Source: Candidatus Omnitrophota bacterium
GTDB lineage: Bacteria > Omnitrophota > Omnitrophia > Omnitrophales > Aquincolibacteriaceae
NCBI GenBank assembly: GCA_043821445.1
Contig: JBDRCT010000017.1
Coordinates: 5,679-69,678, forward strand
Direction of reading: 5' to 3'
Length of the DNA stretch: 64,000 bases
Each line of letters begins with the position of its first letter. The first letter of the stretch is position 1. This document shows positions 1 to 14,100 of this stretch, piece after piece. The notes beneath the pieces are model-generated. The model had not been told where the DNA came from and searched no databases. It saw only the letters and a program-made list of their open reading frames with translations. The translations under genes and the position numbers were made by a program.

Positions 1-1511
<1,511 letters not shown>

Positions 1512-1562
1512 GTGGGGAATTGTATCATAACCAGACCGGAGACTACAGACTAGAGACCGGGC

Positions 1563-1841
1563 TTACGCGGACTTTCCGTAGATTTCTCTGCGATGACCGA
1601 TGCGAAGAATAGTGATCGTTGTTGTGTGGACTTTGTAGATAACACGCCAGTCGCCAACACCCAGCTTCCAGTATCCCTTCAAGGTATGCCGAAGCGGTGC
1701 TCCGAACTCCTGCGGAAAAAGAGCAAGCTTCTGTTCGATGGCGCGCCGGATTCTTCGCTGATCAGCGGCTGTGATGCGAGGAATATCCTTTTGGGGAACA
1801 TCAGGATGGTAAAGGATTTCGAAATGCGGCTCCATAGACAT
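1563..1841 (-). CDS. Type II toxin, RelE/ParE family
   Basis: 92 aa; G-x-PLRHTLKGYWKLGVGDWRVIY...ILRIGHRREIY is the RelE/StbE pattern; lies directly downstream of a small antitoxin-like ORF. Confidence 0.9.
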   Translation of the reverse strand: MSMEPHFEILYHPDVPQKDIPRITAADQRRIRRAIEQKLALFPQEFGAPLRHTLKGYWKLGVGDWRVIYKVHTTTITILRIGHRREIYGKSA

Positions 1842-1850
1842 GCAGAGTCC

Positions 1851-2081
1851 TTATGAGCCCCAAACATCCCGGTGACGGACCGGTTTCGTTTTGGAAAGTG
1901 ATTTTTCCCGTTCGGCTGCCGCCTTCGCCCAAAAAGCGTCTTCGTGGATCGTGAGGGCTTCCCGCAAGAGATCGCGGGCAACCAGGGACATGGAAAGGCC
2001 TTCTCTTTTCGACATTTTATAGAGCGTCTCGTAGATCGACGGCTCCAGGACAACATTCAACCGCGGCTGTTTTGTAGCCAT
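1851..2081 (-). CDS. Putative antitoxin, ribbon-helix-helix (CopG-like)
   Basis: 76 aa; RLNVVL strand followed by helices (YETLYKMSKREGLSMSLVARDLLREAL) and C-terminal HRDVW; upstream of the RelE toxin; GGAGG-like RBS. Confidence 0.85.
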   Translation of the reverse strand: MATKQPRLNVVLEPSIYETLYKMSKREGLSMSLVARDLLREALTIHEDAFWAKAAAEREKSLSKTKPVRHRDVWGS

Positions 2082-2183
2082 ATCATCGCCTCCGGGAGGA
2101 GTGTATCACAAGTGATGAACCAAGTCAAGGGAAGAGACGAGAGACGCAGGCAGTAGTCTGCGGTCTATGGTCTGTAATCTGGC

Positions 2184-5100
2184 TTACGCGGACTTCCCGA
2201 TCGCGGCGGCGGCTTGGATCGCGGCGCCCAGGAGCTCAGCGACAGTGAATTGGAAGGCACTGCTCACCTTTGTGCGAGACCCGGTCACGGTCACAACCCC
2301 GTCGAACTGATTGAGCAACGCTGACGCCGCATGCAATTCGCTGGGGTCAACACCCTCCGTCACCTGGGCTTGGATCACATTCCGGTTCGCCTTTGCCGTA
2401 GCAACATCAATATGTAACCGATCCAATTCTTCTGTAACCGCCTGCGACAATAGGCTGTTGACCTGGCCAATGCGGAGGTCCATCTTCCCGACCCCTTTCA
2501 GAGCCTCGTTCGCAGCCGCTTCATCCGCCTGACCTGCGATGACCACAAACCTGCTGCCGGCCTGACTCTGCGCTACCCGTTGCGCGATGTAAGCCCCGTC
2601 AAACCCGTCGGCCGGATTGAATTCAATAATATGGAGTCCATTCCCCTTCAGGGAAAGAATCACACTTACATTAAGCGACTGCATGATCGATTCGATCATG
2701 CGCCCTTCGATCCGAGTGGCAAGCGGATTAACAATCTCAGGAAGAACCTGCATCGTAAACCGGGCTTCCTGCACCCCTGCAGCCGCCGCAATCGCTCTTT
2801 GGATCTCCTGTTCGCGTGCCGCCGCGCTTTGTTCCTGTTCCGCCGGCTGGACCTCGGGCGTTCTCAATTCCGAACGCGCCGGAATGGATTCCACGTTAAC
2901 AACCACTTTCTTGTCGGCAGACTGCTGAATACCCGCCTCCAACACCGTTCTGCCTTCGGACGCCACCACAAACCGGCCGTCTTCCATCCGGAAATCCGCC
3001 GCTTTCAACTGATCGAACGAGACCATCTTCAACAGCTCATTGATCTTTGTGGCATATTCCTTCCGGTCGACGCTTAAACTGATAAAATCGGTCTGCGTTA
3101 ATTGTTGAAGCTTGGAGAGCGCGTAAACGAGTTTGGTAACACTTTCAGGATTCCCCTGGCGCACCATCTCACGGAATACATACACGATCCGCTGGAACGT
3201 TACAGTCTCCATGAAAGTCTTGAAGTCGGGATTGGAGGCCAGTTCATTACGGATCTCCGCGGGAACTGCCTCTTCGGCAATGGCCTGGCTCAGATCAAGG
3301 ATCACGCCGTCGCGCGGTTCGTAAAAACCGGCCGCACGAACAGACGCCCAGTTCGACTGCAACCGCTCAAGGTTCGCCGCACTTTGCAAATAACGGGCGT
3401 TTGCGAGTTGGGCCGATGTAAGTTTACCTTTGCCCACGGCCGCGACATCAAGGATATAAATGAAAGACATCAGTTTCAGAAAGACCGGAATATCATTCTC
3501 CGGAAGCCCTTCAACCACCTTTCGCGGAACCGTCTCTCCCCACGGCAAAGCACCATATTCCAGTTCGCGCGAAGTCAATGCTGTCACGATCCTGACGGTT
3601 CGCGCGTCCATGCCGAGTTTCTCCAGGATCGCTTTGACCAGCTCGCTACCCACCACCGGATGCAACGGCCCCGTCGTGATCAGGCGCCCGTAATCGTGGA
3701 ACGCCAACGCCAACGCAAGCAACTTCTTCTCCTGCTCCGACAGACTGGCATTATAACTATCAACGAACGCCTTGAGGCCGGCCTCATCTAATGTCACGCT
3801 CGCTAGATTCCTGCTCCGGAAATAAGATACATCGTTAGCCTGCAATGCTTTCACACCGTTGAAGATCACTTGCTGGTGGTCACGGAAGGTCACGGTAGAT
3901 CCGTCCGGCATTTGCCATGCGGCCCCGCGGATCGGAACGTCCTGCTGCCAACCGAAAAGGCCGAGCGGGCTTAAGGCGTCGATAATGTCTTGAGGATTAT
4001 TCATCGCGGAGATCTTTTCCGCACCTTCGAGGTCCCGGGCCGGATCGATCCTTTCTAAATTGGCCATAAAACGGGTTTTCAACTGTTCCTGGAGCGCGGG
4101 CATCTCGCCCGAGGTCACGTGGATCTTTCCGACCAGTTCCCGGCTCTTATTGTCTACCACGGCACGTGCTTCGGACCGAACCTTGCTTAAAGCTTTTTCC
4201 GCGTCCGCCCGCGCAATAAGATTCAACGCTACCGGCCCGCGTTGCATCGAAGCGGTCCACCGGCCGATCATTGTGTTGATATCTTTGATACGATCTTCAT
4301 GAAGTATCGGACCACCCGGTAACAGGGAGAAATTGCTGACACTCAGAAGCTTAGCGCTCGGAGCCGGCACATCCTGCGCAGCTTGTGAAACAGGGCCAAA
4401 CACCATTTCGACAGTCCCTCCCACAAGACCGTCCAACTTCACATCATACTGGATCGTCCCCTCCTTCGAGACATCGAGAACACGAGTTTCGCTTCTCGCA
4501 AGCGCCAGGCTGACAACAACATCCGGAACAAGGGTTCCAACAATTCCAAATTCTCTAGAGGGTACGTAGACCGGTGCCCGGACTTCCGCCAGCGACGGAG
4601 GATTCACCTGGGCCTCCTCCGCGGGAACTTTTGGAACCTCGAGTCGCATTGGCATAGGCGCCGCCGGAGTTGCTTTGAGTTCCTCCAGTTGTTTCGCTTT
4701 TGCATCCGATAATTTGATATTTTCAGAATGGCGGATCCACATCCACAAAACTCCTACAACGCTCGCCAAAACAAGCAACAGCGCCACCGGCCCAACAAGG
4801 AACAGCCCACCCCACATCAACCCAGCAAATGATAAAACGATCGCAGTACCTATTAATCCGGCGATCTGCCAAGGGGTTTTCTTGATCCGGGCATCCAGCG
4901 CCGCGACTTCTCCCTCTAATTTTGTTACATCCTCCGACGGCGCAATAGCTGCCACGAGTGGCGCTACCGGAACCGCAGGCGACGCAGCGACAGTTTCCGG
5001 CGCCACGGCTAACGGCGTTTGCGCGGCAACTTGTGAAGCTAGAATCTCAGGCTGGCTTTGAGCCGTCTTTGGAGTAGCAACGATCTGTTTACTCCCGGGT

Positions 5101-8100
5101 AATACTTCCTGAGCGAGCTCCTGTTGGCGACTTAGATCGGGCAGCACCTCTTCCAGCGTCCGAACTTCAGACCGGCCAGGAGGAGTTCTGAGATTCCCAT
5201 ATTGATCAACGTCCGCCACATTTTTCGGTTCTTCCATCTTCTTTGGAAGTCCAAAAAAGCGTAAAACACGTCCCAATTTTTTCACACGCGACGAAGTTTT
5301 TTCATTTTTGGAAATGTAATCAGAAACGTTATACATTAGCTTGTAAAGCTGCGTTGATGGTGTCAAATCAGCTTTAATAGCCGCCTCTTCAACACCAATG
5401 TAGCCGCGGATAAATTCCAGCCAATGTCTAGCAGGTGCCATCAAAAGGAAAGGCGCTGCCAATAAAAACCCTGTCAATGCAGGGATCACAAAAACCATCG
5501 GTAACGCAAACCAGAAATAGACAGCCGATGCCGCGCTCATCTTGAGAAAAACACCGGCCGCGATCATAAGCCCGACCCCGACATTGAACCCCACGTGAAA
5601 CAGGACATTCGAAATTCTCATACTCCAGCCGGCAAACCATCCCAAGGTGCCTTTCTGCTCTTTTTTGGTTTCGCTATCTGAAAACATATCGGCCTTCATG
5701 CTTCTGTAGACATGCACCCAGAACAGACCGAGCCTCTTGATGCCGCCCCCCTTAAAACCGAGTCCTTCTTCAAGGTCGGGATAGCCGGCCGGCAAATTTT
5801 TGAACTGGTCCAGCCAGACATGCCAACCCGCCATGGACCAGGACCAAAGGAACGTGATACCGAAGACGAACGTGAACAAATTACTGTGGAACAGAACGCC
5901 GGAAGCGATCGCGAGGAGCGCCGCGACAAAAGCCGGACTGTAGAACATGTAAGTGCGCAGCAGGCTCTTTGCGCCATCAATCTGTCCGGTCCCGAACGAA
6001 GTGGCCCAGGGCAGCTGCTGGTCACGCATCACAATAAAGATCATCCGGGTGAATTTAACGGTATAGCGCAGCACCAGATAGCTGATCACGAACGCCGTAA
6101 AAATAGGATGTGCCGCTACCAAAGTCCCCAAGATGCCCGTGATGCCCCAGGGTGATAAAACACTCCATGCCGTCAGTTTTGCCGCAAGCACCGCGGCACC
6201 GGACGTAAAATGCCAAAACACGAAATTCCCGTTCATAACATACCAAAAGAGAACGGGAATACCAAAGATCATCGCGGGTTTCGAAACCCATTGGATCAGA
6301 TTCCCGATCACGGTGCCGATCGTCAAATGCCAGCTCCTGCTAACATTCTGGGAACCCTGCATAAAGAGCTTCCAGGGGTTCTCCCAGAAATTGCGCTTGA
6401 TATGGAGAAAAGTATCCGCCAGTCCGGTCGTGGTCCCTTTATAGAGCAGCATGACCTTCCCCCAGGTCTGGCCCTGAATGCTCCCAAAAAGCACGGGGAA
6501 AACGATGACGACGAAAAGCACGCCGATGAAGAGCAACCCCACCACCGGGAACGGGAGCACCACGAAAGCCGGAAGGAATTTTGCCGTCAGGGTGATACTC
6601 GCCCATACTAATGCCACGACCATGGAAGTAAATATCACGCCGTTCATCTTTTTAGAGATCCTGGTCCATTCCAGAATCAAGGCAATCATGAAAGAACCCA
6701 ATAACATGGCCGCAAGTACGACCGTGAACGGGAGCCAAGCCGGCCAAAGAACGCCGACAACCCCCAGCAGCGCCACCAAAAATCCCGGCATTAATAGACG
6801 CTGTATAATATTAAGAGCTTTTTTCCCGGAGAGTTGTTCCGCGTCCGCCGCTGAGCGGCGCATGAACCCGGCGATCAGGAGCGCGACCACGATCCCGATG
6901 ACCACCCCCACCCAGAGCTGGGGCATAACACACGACGTCATCAGGAATTCGGTCGACCGCGGCACCATGATCGTATACATGTTCGCCATCCCAGATAGCG
7001 AAGGGTCAAAGAAAAACCGTTTGATGACCCAGAAACCGAAGATGATCGGGTTGATGTATCCGAGCACCGCCACAAAGCTCATCCAGCGGGCCGCCAAGGG
7101 AACGCCCGGCTGGAAAATATCATACACACGCATCAGGTCGCCCTGGGCCCAGCGTACGAAGCTCCTGCCTTCCATTTCGAAGAACGTAGGTGTGGAAGGT
7201 TCGAGGATCGCGGCATTGTCCACGAACACGGCTCCCGTCGTGTCCCCTTCCTTGTAGTCGTGGCTCAGTTCCTTGATCGTCACGACGCCGAAAGACCCGG
7301 CGCTCTTGCCCGAGACCCATAACCCCGCAAACAACCCCAGCATTTGTCCGATGGAGAATTGAACCATCAACGGAGCGCTTAACAGGAAAGAAAGAGCCCC
7401 CGGAACGAAAGGAAGAGCACTTGGGATGAGAGGAAGAACAAATGACAGAAGAGAAAACACGATGGGCCCGGCCGCGATACCTGCCAGTGTGAACACAAGC
7501 ACCGTCCACCACCGGGAGGGCATGTTGCGCGCATCTCCCGTATGGTAATGGCTGTGAAGATTGACCAGCGCCTTGCCGGTAAAATTCCCCCGCCCCCGGA
7601 TCAACTGCAGGGCGTGCGCGTAAAAAACGCCGTGATTGCTCGCGAAATCGTTAAGCATCGTAAAAAATGTCCGGGCCGTCCTTTCCGTGACGACTTTCGT
7701 CCTCGGGATGATAATGCCCGCCCAATTATGTGTACTGCGGGCGACCTCCACCAACTTCCGGACGACATTGATGAAGGCCTTTTCGTTCGGGTATTCCGGA
7801 TTGTCGGGATTGTCCCCCAGACGGTTCTTATTATCCATCGTGAAGATATGCTGGGTACCCTCGGGATTTGTCGTGAACAATTGAACGCGGCGGCCTTGTG
7901 AATCCTCTACTGGAGCAAGTCGACCATTTTCATCTCTTTCCGGCAGACGATTCCTCAGTAAATGGTCCGGATCAAACCCGCAAATTGAATCCTTGGTATA
8001 AAGATCATCGGCAAAATAGCGGGTTCCCACTTTATTCGGTTTCAAATTCGCCTTGTGCTGTTTGTAATTCATGATCGCGCGGCCCGCAAAATATCCCATC

Positions 8101-11100
8101 AGCCACATCACCGCCCCCACAATCCAGGGACTGCTCAAAATAGGCCCGAGCACTGCAAGCGCCGGAGCTAACCAGATAACGCCCGCCACAGTAAGGACAA
8201 GCGCCACTCCATTCACAACCGCTGCCCCCACCGGATCATTGACGCGTCCCGAAAAACGCAGTAACGGAATAGGCAGTTCAGTCGCCGCGGGCGGACCGTC
8301 CTGGCCCATCAAATAATCCTCGGTAGACAGGATGTTCCCCTGTTTCTTTTCGAAATGAAGTTCCGTCAGAGGAAGATAGTAAATGAGCGCCTTGCCGAGT
8401 TGGGCTCGAGTAAGAGGTATGAGATCTCCTTTGCGTGCACCTTTCGTAGGTTCATCTTTCGTATAAACATAACCCGGGATCGTATAATCTCCATTCCCAT
8501 TGGGAACGTAAACGCTTCCATCGCCGAACCGGCTCGCACCTATTTGAATGACCTGTTCCCGGGCATATTCCAAAGCCGCTTTGATGAATTCAAATTGTAA
8601 GATCGCGTTGGCATCATTTTTCCCCGCTTTTTTAATGACCTTCGAATATTCTTTTTCGGCAAGGATGAGCAAAGTCGTCCTGCCGTACGGATCGAGATTG
8701 TACGCCAGCGAATCAATCACGTTTTTCAGAAAAAAGAAATCTTGCCAGCCGCCTTCATTATTTTTTTTGTCTATGTCGACGCCGAATTCGATCTTAAATT
8801 GTTCCTTGATGTATTCGATGCTCGCATGGGCTTTAAACATCTCTAAAAGCCATAATCTTATTGTGTGATCGATCACAGGTTTATCAGCGGCATCCTTCAT
8901 AGGCTTACCAGCGGCATCTTTCATAGACTCCTGGGGCGGCGGGAACGAATCGAAATTGAAATAGGCGATGCTCGTTTTGTGGCCCGGAGGCAGCGCCTGT
9001 CGTTTTTGGCCCTCTTCCGTTTTCAGAGAAACCTCGCGCTGAACTTCTTCTCCATCCTTTTCCTCAACAACGGTGAAAGAAAGATCATGCCGGTCCGCGG
9101 GTTTTAGATAAACCCTCGTTCCATCTTCTTTTTCAATATACGGTGGAAGATTGCCCTTGGAATCTGAAGACTTGGGCGGCTGCTCAGCCTCAGTCTTAGC
9201 CTCGGGCTTAGCGGTGGCCTTCAGTACCAGAAGATCGAGTTCGGGACGCTCAATAGCATCGCGCGATGCTGCACTGGGTCTCATTTTCACGAGTTTGGGG
9301 AAAATCTTAGCTAACACCCCTCGCACACGGCTTTGCTCCCCCATAGTCATGCTCTTGGGGAAGATCCGTCCCGCCAGCCAGGCCGTAAGGATGTGCGAAA
9401 GCATGAACGCCATCCACCCGCTTTCGAAAAGGTCTATCACGTTCCAGAAAATATTCGAATTCGTCAGTTCCAATACCTGCCAACTCATCAGGAGGAACAA
9501 CCCCACGAAAGCGCCGTGCACTAGCAGCATGACAGCTCCGCGCAAAGTCAGGTACGGTGGGGCATATTCCTTGCCCAGTGGCTCACGGCGGACCTCGCGA
9601 TTCCGTGCGGCCAACGCAGGATCCATCGTTTCTTCTTCTGTGCTAATGAGCCTGGAAAACAGCTGCCTCATTTCAGACCGGGGCAACATGCCCGTACGCT
9701 CATACTGAAACTCCTCTCTGAGCACAGGATTACCAGCGTGATCCAGTACAGGTACCTTGATCTTGCCCGCCTTGCGCAATTGCCGGACGGCGAATGCCGC
9801 GATGAGAACAAAGATCGTGGTAATGACGGAAAAGATCGGCAGGATGACCGACCAGGCGCTCCAGAATTCGCCCATTTGGCGGGTCCTGGACCCGCGCTCT
9901 GTGAGGAAGTCGCTCAGCTTGGGCCGCGCTTTCCCGCCCTTGGTTTCCTCCTGGATCCGGGTGTTGCTCGAAAGCACATAATTGTCCGCAAAATAGGACT
10001 CATACTGTTTGGCAAGTTCTACACCCTGGGCCCCTGCCAGTTGCCCCAGGACTTCCAGCTGCTCCTGCGAATAAAAAACAGGTTTCCGGTCCGCGATGAC
10101 CCCGGCATGGACCAGCGGCATGTCGCGCCCCGCCGCGATGAAACGCAGGAGGCTATCATCCTGGACCCGGAGGTCCGCAGGAATATCCTGCTGCTCTCCC
10201 CGGAACCAGGCCAGATCGGTCAGCACGACGCGAACCTGAGCGGGTGACAACAGGCCGCGACCAAGCCCTTGGATCCACGCGTCCTGTTGTTCCTTCGTGA
10301 GGCCGAGGGATAACTTTTCGGAAAGGCCCTGCACGAACTGTTCCGGCGCCCCGGCGTCTTCAGGTTGGAGAGGCTCCTGTTTTTCCGCCGCAAGCTGCAG
10401 GTATTTTCTAAGCATGTTCTCTTCGAAGTTCTTGAAGGTCGCAACCGTTTTGTCCTGATGCAGCGAAAGAATGCTGTTTAACAGTCTATTAGGATCCATG
10501 GCCAACCGGTCCCCGACGACGATCTCCTGCATGAGCGTCTTGAGGTCGTTGACCATAAGATTGAGTTGATTTTCATCTTTGATGTCTCGTAATTTTTGGA
10601 GCGAGCCGGCATTCAATGCTCCGAACAAATGATTGTTATCGACATAATATTTCACCAGTTCGGGGATCCTGTTCGCCGGAACGGTCTTTTTCGCCTGGAG
10701 GCGCGCCTCAAACCCTTGTTCGAAATCTGCCGGGGTCGCAAGCACGACGGGCCGCGTCATCAGCCTCAGAATGAGAAAACGCCTAAACTGTGACGCGTCT
10801 TCCAACATCTTCCGATCATAGGTCAGGTCCTTTCCGTTCCGCGCAAAGAACTCATCCCGGAAGGACCCTTCGAGATCTTGCCCGAGACGAGCGATCTCCT
10901 GGAGCCGCTGTAGGTCCTTCACGTTCTTTCCGAGGCCCATCAGGAAGTGGAAGAAATCTTTGTCTGCCAGTTGGGGATCAACCGGCCACCGGGAAAGAAA
11001 CGTCGTGCTAAGCAGAAGAGCCGTCCGTGCTTTCTCCCCTTCAGGCAAGGCCTCCCATAACGCTCCCCGTTTATCGGCCATCTGTTGGAGGTCAGATCCC

Positions 11101-14100
11101 GGCAAAGCGTATTTACCGCGAAAAGCGTCCTGTCCTTCCGCGGAGGCGGCAACATTCAAGTATGTTTTGGAAGGATCCGAAGGCTCCACGAAAATGAATT
11201 TTGTGACCATTTTCTGGACTGCCAGCGACGGACCGTTGTACCCAGGGGCGACAATGCTATGGTGACGCATCTTCAAACTGCGGCGGAATTCGATCACGTA
11301 TCCTTGCATTTCGTTAAATGCCAGCGGCCGGCCGAGATTTTGTTGTTCCAACGTTATTTGTTTTTCTCCGGGTTTACGGCTAAGTTTCTCTTCCGGAATC
11401 ATGCTCTTGTACTGTCCCGGGATAAGATCCGGACGCCCGAGGGCAAGGGCCAGCATCAGCTGGCACTGTTCAAAATATTCCTGAATATCAGAGACCTTTT
11501 CGATCTCTTTGGTATTAAGGACAACGCTCATGATATCGGCCTTGGTAATGGAATATCCCATGGGCTCGAGAATACCGTGATAGGCCTCCCAAGCGGCTTT
11601 CGCCCGGGGGATGATGACCGTCTCGACTTTTTTCATATCCACGTATTGTTCTTCACTCTCCGGATATTTGTTTTCTTCGACCATTTTCGACAGCCACTCC
11701 GGAATCATTTTTGCCGCCCACCCCGGAGCCTGACGGGACAGCCAGTAATTCGGCGTTGCGGCGTTCCTTTGCGCCTCCGAATCCATGACCCTCCCAAGCC
11801 AAAAGCTCGCGGTCCCGACCAGCATCCTCCCGGCGGAAACGCGTTGCAAAAGCGGAAGCGTCGACTGCGCTTGCAATACCCCGGCCAGATCGGGGTCCGC
11901 AATCATGAGGGATTCCTGCAGGCCTATGATCTTGCGCTCCATATTCAGACTGCCTGCGTCCTGAACGACCGGATAGCGGTCGAATTTCCCGACGATCAGG
12001 AAAAAGTTATCGAAGAACGTCCTTAATTTTGCCAGGGAAGCCGGATCATCTTTAGTAATGTCAAGACCCCGCGCCTTCAACATATCGGGCATGCCCGCAA
12101 CGATCCCTTCCACGAAAGCGCCCGGGAAATTCTCGCTGGCTTCCGTATCGATGATCGCATCGATCTGGGCCTTCCAGGCCGGGTTCCTGTTGATCACTTC
12201 CGCATATTTACTCCTCTGCAGGAACAGATACAGGTCTTTTTCGATCTGTTCGATCGTCCTCGGTGTTTCTTCAGGATAAGCGACCGTCACGTTCCCATAA
12301 TGGCTCTTGAGCCATGTCGAAAACCCTTCGAAATCCTGGCCATGCTGGTCCACCAACAATTTCAAGACCTTCCCCCTCTGCGCATAGATCGCTTCAAAAT
12401 CGGCCGGCAAGTCTTTAGCGGCACCGGTGAGACGCCCCATGAGTTTGGTCAATTTGGCCTTGCCCTCGGGGGTCTTGTCTTTTGCAAGTTCGGGCAGCAA
12501 GGTCCTGAGGTCTTGATTCTCACCGATCACTTTAAGTGCGCGGAGATAATCCGTAAAAGCCGGAGAGTCGATCAATTTCACGATATTTTCATAGCGCTGG
12601 GCCAGGCGGTCGTACGGGATATGATCTCGCTCGGCGATGTACGCTTCGTTCATGATGTGGCCGAAGGCAACACCCTGCTGTTCTTCGGGTTCACGAATGC
12701 TGTATTGATAGCTGCTGCCGTAAAGGATCTTGAAGATCTCCTCCGCCCCCTTGAACGCCTTCGGGTGCTTGGCGAACTTATCCATGAGATCCAGACGGCG
12801 TTCGTATTCTTTGATCCGCGCATCGATACGCGTGCCGATCGGGGCGTTAACGCCGCCCATCGTTTCCCATTTCTCATAGTCCCACATCGTATCAAGCTGG
12901 AACTGCGAGAGAAGCTTCCCTTGCCGGAAATCTTCCCGGTACTGCGCCGCCTCTTTGTGCCAGTCCGTGACCCCGAGAATGAATTGGGCGTGCGCCATGA
13001 CAATGCCCATGTTCGCGCTGACCTTTCCTCCTTGATCCAACCGGAAATCCCTGCCATAAAGTTCCTGAAGCTTCGGATAAAGCTTGCCTGCCACTTCGAT
13101 AATCTGTTTTAACTCATCGATCGTCAAATGGTACCGTGTCCCGTATTCATACCAGGCGGACACCTGCCCGCTGTCGCGCGGGTCCTTCATATTAAGTGCC
13201 CGCGAAAAAAGTCTGCTGGCGTCGAGGGCTTTCAGGATCTCAGGCGCTTTTCGATAATAGTCATCGATACCGCTACGAATATCGCCCAGCGGACCGGCGC
13301 GGATCCCTTGAGGCAGCGCGTTCCCTAATTCGTCCAACGCATCCGAAATGCTCTTACCATGAACTTCAGCGTATTGCTCGATCCCCTGGATCGTCCGGAA
13401 AACAACTTCACCCATGAGCGCCCCGGTGCGAAGACCCGCTTCTTCCTTTTGAACCTCCCGACGGTCCGCGTAGGTCTGATTGGCTTCCGCGCTCGCTCTC
13501 AGAAAACGCAACATAGCGGCCGACGGATCGGCGGCAGAAGGTTCTCCGTTGAGACCCACGATGGGCACGCGCTTATTTTCCAGGATATAGTTGGTGAGAA
13601 GAATGACCGTATTAAGACGCTTTGCCCGCTCGCCTTTATCCGGAGAATACAGTTTTCCCATAAAACTCATGTATTGCCAGGCCGTGATATCGGCCAGGTC
13701 CTTGATATCGCCATAAAGACCCAGATCCCTTCCGAAATTCGCGCGGTAAAGGTCGAACACTGCTTTACGAACGTTATTAAATTCCTGGAAGGTATCTTCC
13801 AGGGTCGAAAATTTATAATAAGGTTGTGCGCTGACCTGGCGGTCCGTGTAGGTGGCCCAATCCAGAAACACCTGACCAACGAACCTCCGCTTCAGGGCGG
13901 CGTCATCCTCCTGGGAACCCAGCCGCTTCTGCTGCTCGGCCCAGGCCTTAAAATCCACACGTCTATCCTTGATATCCACGAGGCGGCTTAACAGGCCGTC
14001 ACGTGTCAAGAATGCGATCTCGTCACTGGTAAACTGGGGCGGCGCAATGACGGGGACGGCCTGACCGTTCGGGGAGGCCTTATTTCGTTCGACCTGGTCT

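Larger units (their letters stand above)
1560..2199. repeat. Direct repeat (18/19 nt) at 1560-1578 and 2181-2199 bracketing the TA module, plus inverted heptamer tracts at about 1530-1560 and 2150-2182
   Basis: ggcttacgcggactt(t/c)ccg occurs at both sites; left tract ccagacc-ggagact-acagact-agagacc, right tract is the reverse-complement type (gtctgcg-gtctatg-gtctgta-atctgg). Confidence 0.85.

Noticed and set aside
8878-8925. 24 bp tandem duplication (MKDAAGKP/MKDAADKP) in the giant gene
   Set aside because: Real but a minor loop duplication with no evident significance.
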